The translations under genes were made by a program, and so were the position numbers. From the NCBI GenBank assembly GCA_003560095.1, contig PWJI01000010.1:1-50678 (forward strand): a stretch of DNA of 50,678 bases. Direction: 5' to 3'. Shown piece by piece: positions 48,021 to 50,678 of this stretch. The first letter of the stretch is position 1, and each line of letters starts with the position of its first letter. Under the pieces are notes generated by a model, which worked only from the letters and a program-made list of their open reading frames with translations, was not told the origin of the DNA and searched no databases. Source of the stretch: Candidatus Nealsonbacteria bacterium. GTDB lineage: Bacteria > Patescibacteriota > Minisyncoccia > Minisyncoccales > PWPS01.

Positions 48021-48113
48021 AGTTATCTTTAGTTATATTTTTAATTTACTTTGCACTATTTAAGTATATCACAAAACAAGCCTCAATGGTGTTTTGCGGC
48101 TATTACAAAAAAA

Positions 48114-48452
48114 TCATATTGATGCCAGAATAATAAAAGCAATTACTGCAAGAATTATCCCAACATAAGCTGCAGGTGATAAAACTTCTTGTAAAAACAA
48201 AAGTCCTAGCAGATTAGCTAATATAATTCCGGAAGCACTAAAGAGAGCAACAGTCCTTCCCAGTTCAATTGTAGTAAAAACATACAGTTGTCCAAATGTT
48301 GCAACCGTTCTTATTAGAATATAAACCAAAAACCAAACACTAAGAAAGGTCGAAAGAGCAAATCCATACTTAGACATATATGTTCTTGCCAGTAAATCTC
48401 CTATTGCAAACAATAACTGAGTTACAATAATTACAATAATTGGCCAATTCAT
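48114..48452 (-). CDS. Small 4-TM DMT/EamA-like transporter subunit
   Basis: 112 aa, 4 TMs, LGLLFLQEVLS...YVGIILA. Confidence 0.7.
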   Translation of the reverse strand: MNWPIIVIIVTQLLFAIGDLLARTYMSKYGFALSTFLSVWFLVYILIRTVATFGQLYVFTTIELGRTVALFSASGIILANLLGLLFLQEVLSPAAYVGIILAVIAFIILASI

Positions 48453-48632
48453 AATTTAATAAAATATAGCTAGGTTTTTGTTTTGACTCTTTGTTCTTTT
48501 TTTCTTTTATAGGGAATAACTCCCAAAAACAATAAAAAGAATAAAAGGTTTAGAAAGTATAATTTTTCGTCAATTACTCCAAGAAAACCAAGAAAACCTA
48601 ATGGATTAAATTCTGTCTTTTTTATGAATTAT

Positions 48633-50678
48633 TTAATTGTCTTTTATGCATCGCACTGACATGCCATCGGCTTGAGGATGAGCATAACGATGAATACCAA
48701 CACCATCACGATGAATAAAACGAAACCAAGGAAGACCTCCTGACAAAGAAGATGTCCACCAAAGAGCACCGCTATTAGCAAATTGAAGTTCGTCAAAAGT
48801 AGTACGATAACCTCCGGGAAGAGCTGTAAAATTAGAATAATTATTACCTCCCCAATCTGCGGTTTTCATTCTTGTTCCGGCAGGGTCACACCCCCAATAC
48901 TCTCTATCGGGAAGACAGCTTCCGGTAGCAAGCTCTCTTTCTAGAATATGCCATTCACTATCGCTTGGCACTTTCCATCCTTCCGGGCAAACTCCTTGAG
49001 CTCCTTCTTGTCTTGATCCATCCATGACAGCTCCCCATTGATATAAAACTCCATCGTATCCTCCTCCTTGAGCAGCACAAGCATTGTAGGGTGCTCCTGT
49101 TGTCCATTCATTATTAGTACATCCTGAATCATAACGTAAATCTTCGCCAAACCAGCACTGATTGCCAATTTTCACCGTTTTATATCTTTCACCGTCTCTA
49201 TTGTCAACAAAAGAATCACCACATGTAAAATCTTTTTCTTCATCGGGATCAGGATCCGGGTCAGGTCTTGGGTCAGGTTTTGGATCAAAAGGAACTGTGC
49301 CATCAGCTTCTTTAGCAATATCTTTATAACGCTCAAGATCAGCGTCCGTAATAGGGCGTCGCATCATACGAATAGATTTATAACAAAAATCACAAATTTC
49401 TGTTGGTTGTTGTGCTCCATAAGTCAGATATATCCATTTCTTACCACCCTCTTCTTTAACAAAAGCCTCAGGAACATGATTTGCTTGCACGTCACTATCA
49501 TGCCTAATATATCCAAGTAAAGCCCAATCCTCTCCATTAACAGAAATTGCTTCGACTATTTTTCTTCCCGGCCATCCTTCGCCATATCCCACAGGATCAG
49601 CATAAGCAAAATAAATATCATCTATACGAATTACATTTGGATTGGGATAATTAACAATAAGAGGATTATCTAAGCCTCTCTTAATATTCCAATCATTAAT
49701 GTTATAAAAATCACCATGATTTTCAGCATAAAGCATTGAAATAGTTAAATCATGGATACCGTCAAACCATAATCTGTACACTCCATCTTCATACATAAGC
49801 GAAGGACGAAGATACATTCCCTCAGGGTGAAAATGACAATCTGGGTCTTCTGAGCTTATTGGTTTTTGACCAATATTATCCTCATAAATTAAAATAGGCT
49901 CCTTAGTACGAGTCCAATTAATTCCATCACTTGAATACGCACCCATCACAGAACTAAGGTCCGAATCAGTATCATCGTCATGACAAGCAGGAACACCATC
50001 TATATTGTGCCCGCTAGCACTGTAAGCCATATAATAAGTTCCATCAACTCTAATAACCGAAGGATCTCCAGTGTGCCACTCATCAAAAATATTATCACCA
50101 CCATCAATTACCGGAACCCATTTACTGGGCGTCATTGTCTTATCCCACTGAAAAATACCATTTTGTGTTCCACTATAAACCTCCCAAGGGCCATCTATTT
50201 TTGGTGCTCGAGCTGCAAAAATAGCATCACAGCCATCATATAGAGGATTGCAGATTTCACTAGCCCAACCAAAGAACCAGCCTTTAAACGGATAATCTGT
50301 ATCTTCCGAAGTATGAAGAATATCCAAATTATACATATTTTTAAAATTGTAGAGTAAATCTCCACCAATATGACTCCATAGCTCGGTACGCTCTACATAT
50401 CGTCCCGGTTTAAGGTCATCTGAGAGCTTGAACTTAGAATCAGGATCAGGATCTGGCTCTGGTTCAGGTTCAGGATCTGGCTCTGGTTCAGGTTCAGGTT
50501 TTTGATCTTCAATTATTTTACTGAGCTTTGCTCTCGTTGAGGGCCCTACAAATCCTGTTCCTTGTGTTAGGTTAAAAGGAGAGAGTACTTCTTCTTTGTA
50601 CTTTTCTTGAAATCTTTTTACAGCTTCCTTGGTTAGGTTTCCAAAGTAATCGGTTTCGTTTCCGGGAGAGCCGTATCC
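48633..50678 (-). CDS. PG-binding + Pro/acidic linker + beta-propeller glycosidase-like + FISUMP protein (5' end outside the window)
   Basis: The frame is open from 50678 ([27 protein letters not shown]...PEPEPDP...) into the 567-aa [41 protein letters not shown]. Confidence 0.85.
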   Translation of the reverse strand, partial: GYGSPGNETDYFGNLTKEAVKRFQEKYKEEVLSPFNLTQGTGFVGPSTRAKLSKIIEDQKPEPEPEPDPEPEPEPDPDPDSKFKLSDDLKPGRYVERTELWSHIGGDLLYNFKNMYNLDILHTSEDTDYPFKGWFFGWASEICNPLYDGCDAIFAARAPKIDGPWEVYSGTQNGIFQWDKTMTPSKWVPVIDGGDNIFDEWHTGDPSVIRVDGTYYMAYSASGHNIDGVPACHDDDTDSDLSSVMGAYSSDGINWTRTKEPILIYEDNIGQKPISSEDPDCHFHPEGMYLRPSLMYEDGVYRLWFDGIHDLTISMLYAENHGDFYNINDWNIKRGLDNPLIVNYPNPNVIRIDDIYFAYADPVGYGEGWPGRKIVEAISVNGEDWALLGYIRHDSDVQANHVPEAFVKEEGGKKWIYLTYGAQQPTEICDFCYKSIRMMRRPITDADLERYKDIAKEADGTVPFDPKPDPRPDPDPDPDEEKDFTCGDSFVDNRDGERYKTVKIGNQCWFGEDLRYDSGCTNNEWTTGAPYNACAAQGGGYDGVLYQWGAVMDGSRQEGAQGVCPEGWKVPSDSEWHILERELATGSCLPDREYWGCDPAGTRMKTADWGGNNYSNFTALPGGYRTTFDELQFANSGALWWTSSLSGGLPWFRFIHRDGVGIHRYAHPQADGMSVRCIKDN

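Noticed and set aside
243..50243. Numerous short ORFs overlapping longer genes (e.g. 243-440, 8432-8938, 23779-24081, 35101-35778, 36564-36965)
   Set aside because: They are antisense or alternate-frame shadows of well-supported genes, with F/S/L-rich composition and no recognisable motifs.
50438..50500. Short tandem DNA repeat (GGTTCA/GGATCA/GGCTCT)
   Set aside because: It encodes a PEPEPDP linker within the open frame of the last gene.
1..50678. Complete diversity-generating retroelement
   Set aside because: CLec targets are present, but I found no reverse transcriptase, Avd or adenine-variant template repeat. Intergenic regions are short and AT-rich.
1..50678. tRNA, rRNA, prophage, IS element or integron
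   Set aside because: No cloverleaf or rRNA-like GC-rich tract and no integrase, transposase or attC-like repeated sites recognised by eye.

Overview
This is an AT-rich, gene-dense bacterial chromosome segment with most genes on the minus strand. It is probably from a Patescibacteria/CPR (Parcubacteria-like) organism, inferred from the sparse housekeeping genes, few Shine-Dalgarno sites and many single-pass acidic surface proteins. Housekeeping and stress genes are tgt (partial), rnr, a cold-shock protein, serS, a class II photolyase, a VanY-type DD-carboxypeptidase, HU, Nif3, mraZ, three cation antiporters and several hydrolases. The rest is a large modular surface-protein repertoire, including six proteins ending in C-type-lectin-fold (FISUMP/DUF1566-like) domains. 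The most notable observations are: (1) a two-gene cassette present twice, whose second gene is a membrane receptor/adhesin carrying an animal-like thrombospondin type-1 repeat; (2) an operon of HAMP sensors that lack any kinase and end in a conserved 'MVGRELxM' helix; (3) a complete leader-peptide attenuator upstream of an ArgA-like GNAT; (4) an AAGGTCG motif at predicted mRNA 5' ends. I recognised no tRNA, rRNA, CRISPR array, transposase, integrase or reverse transcriptase. All domain calls are by-eye motif recognition, not database searches.
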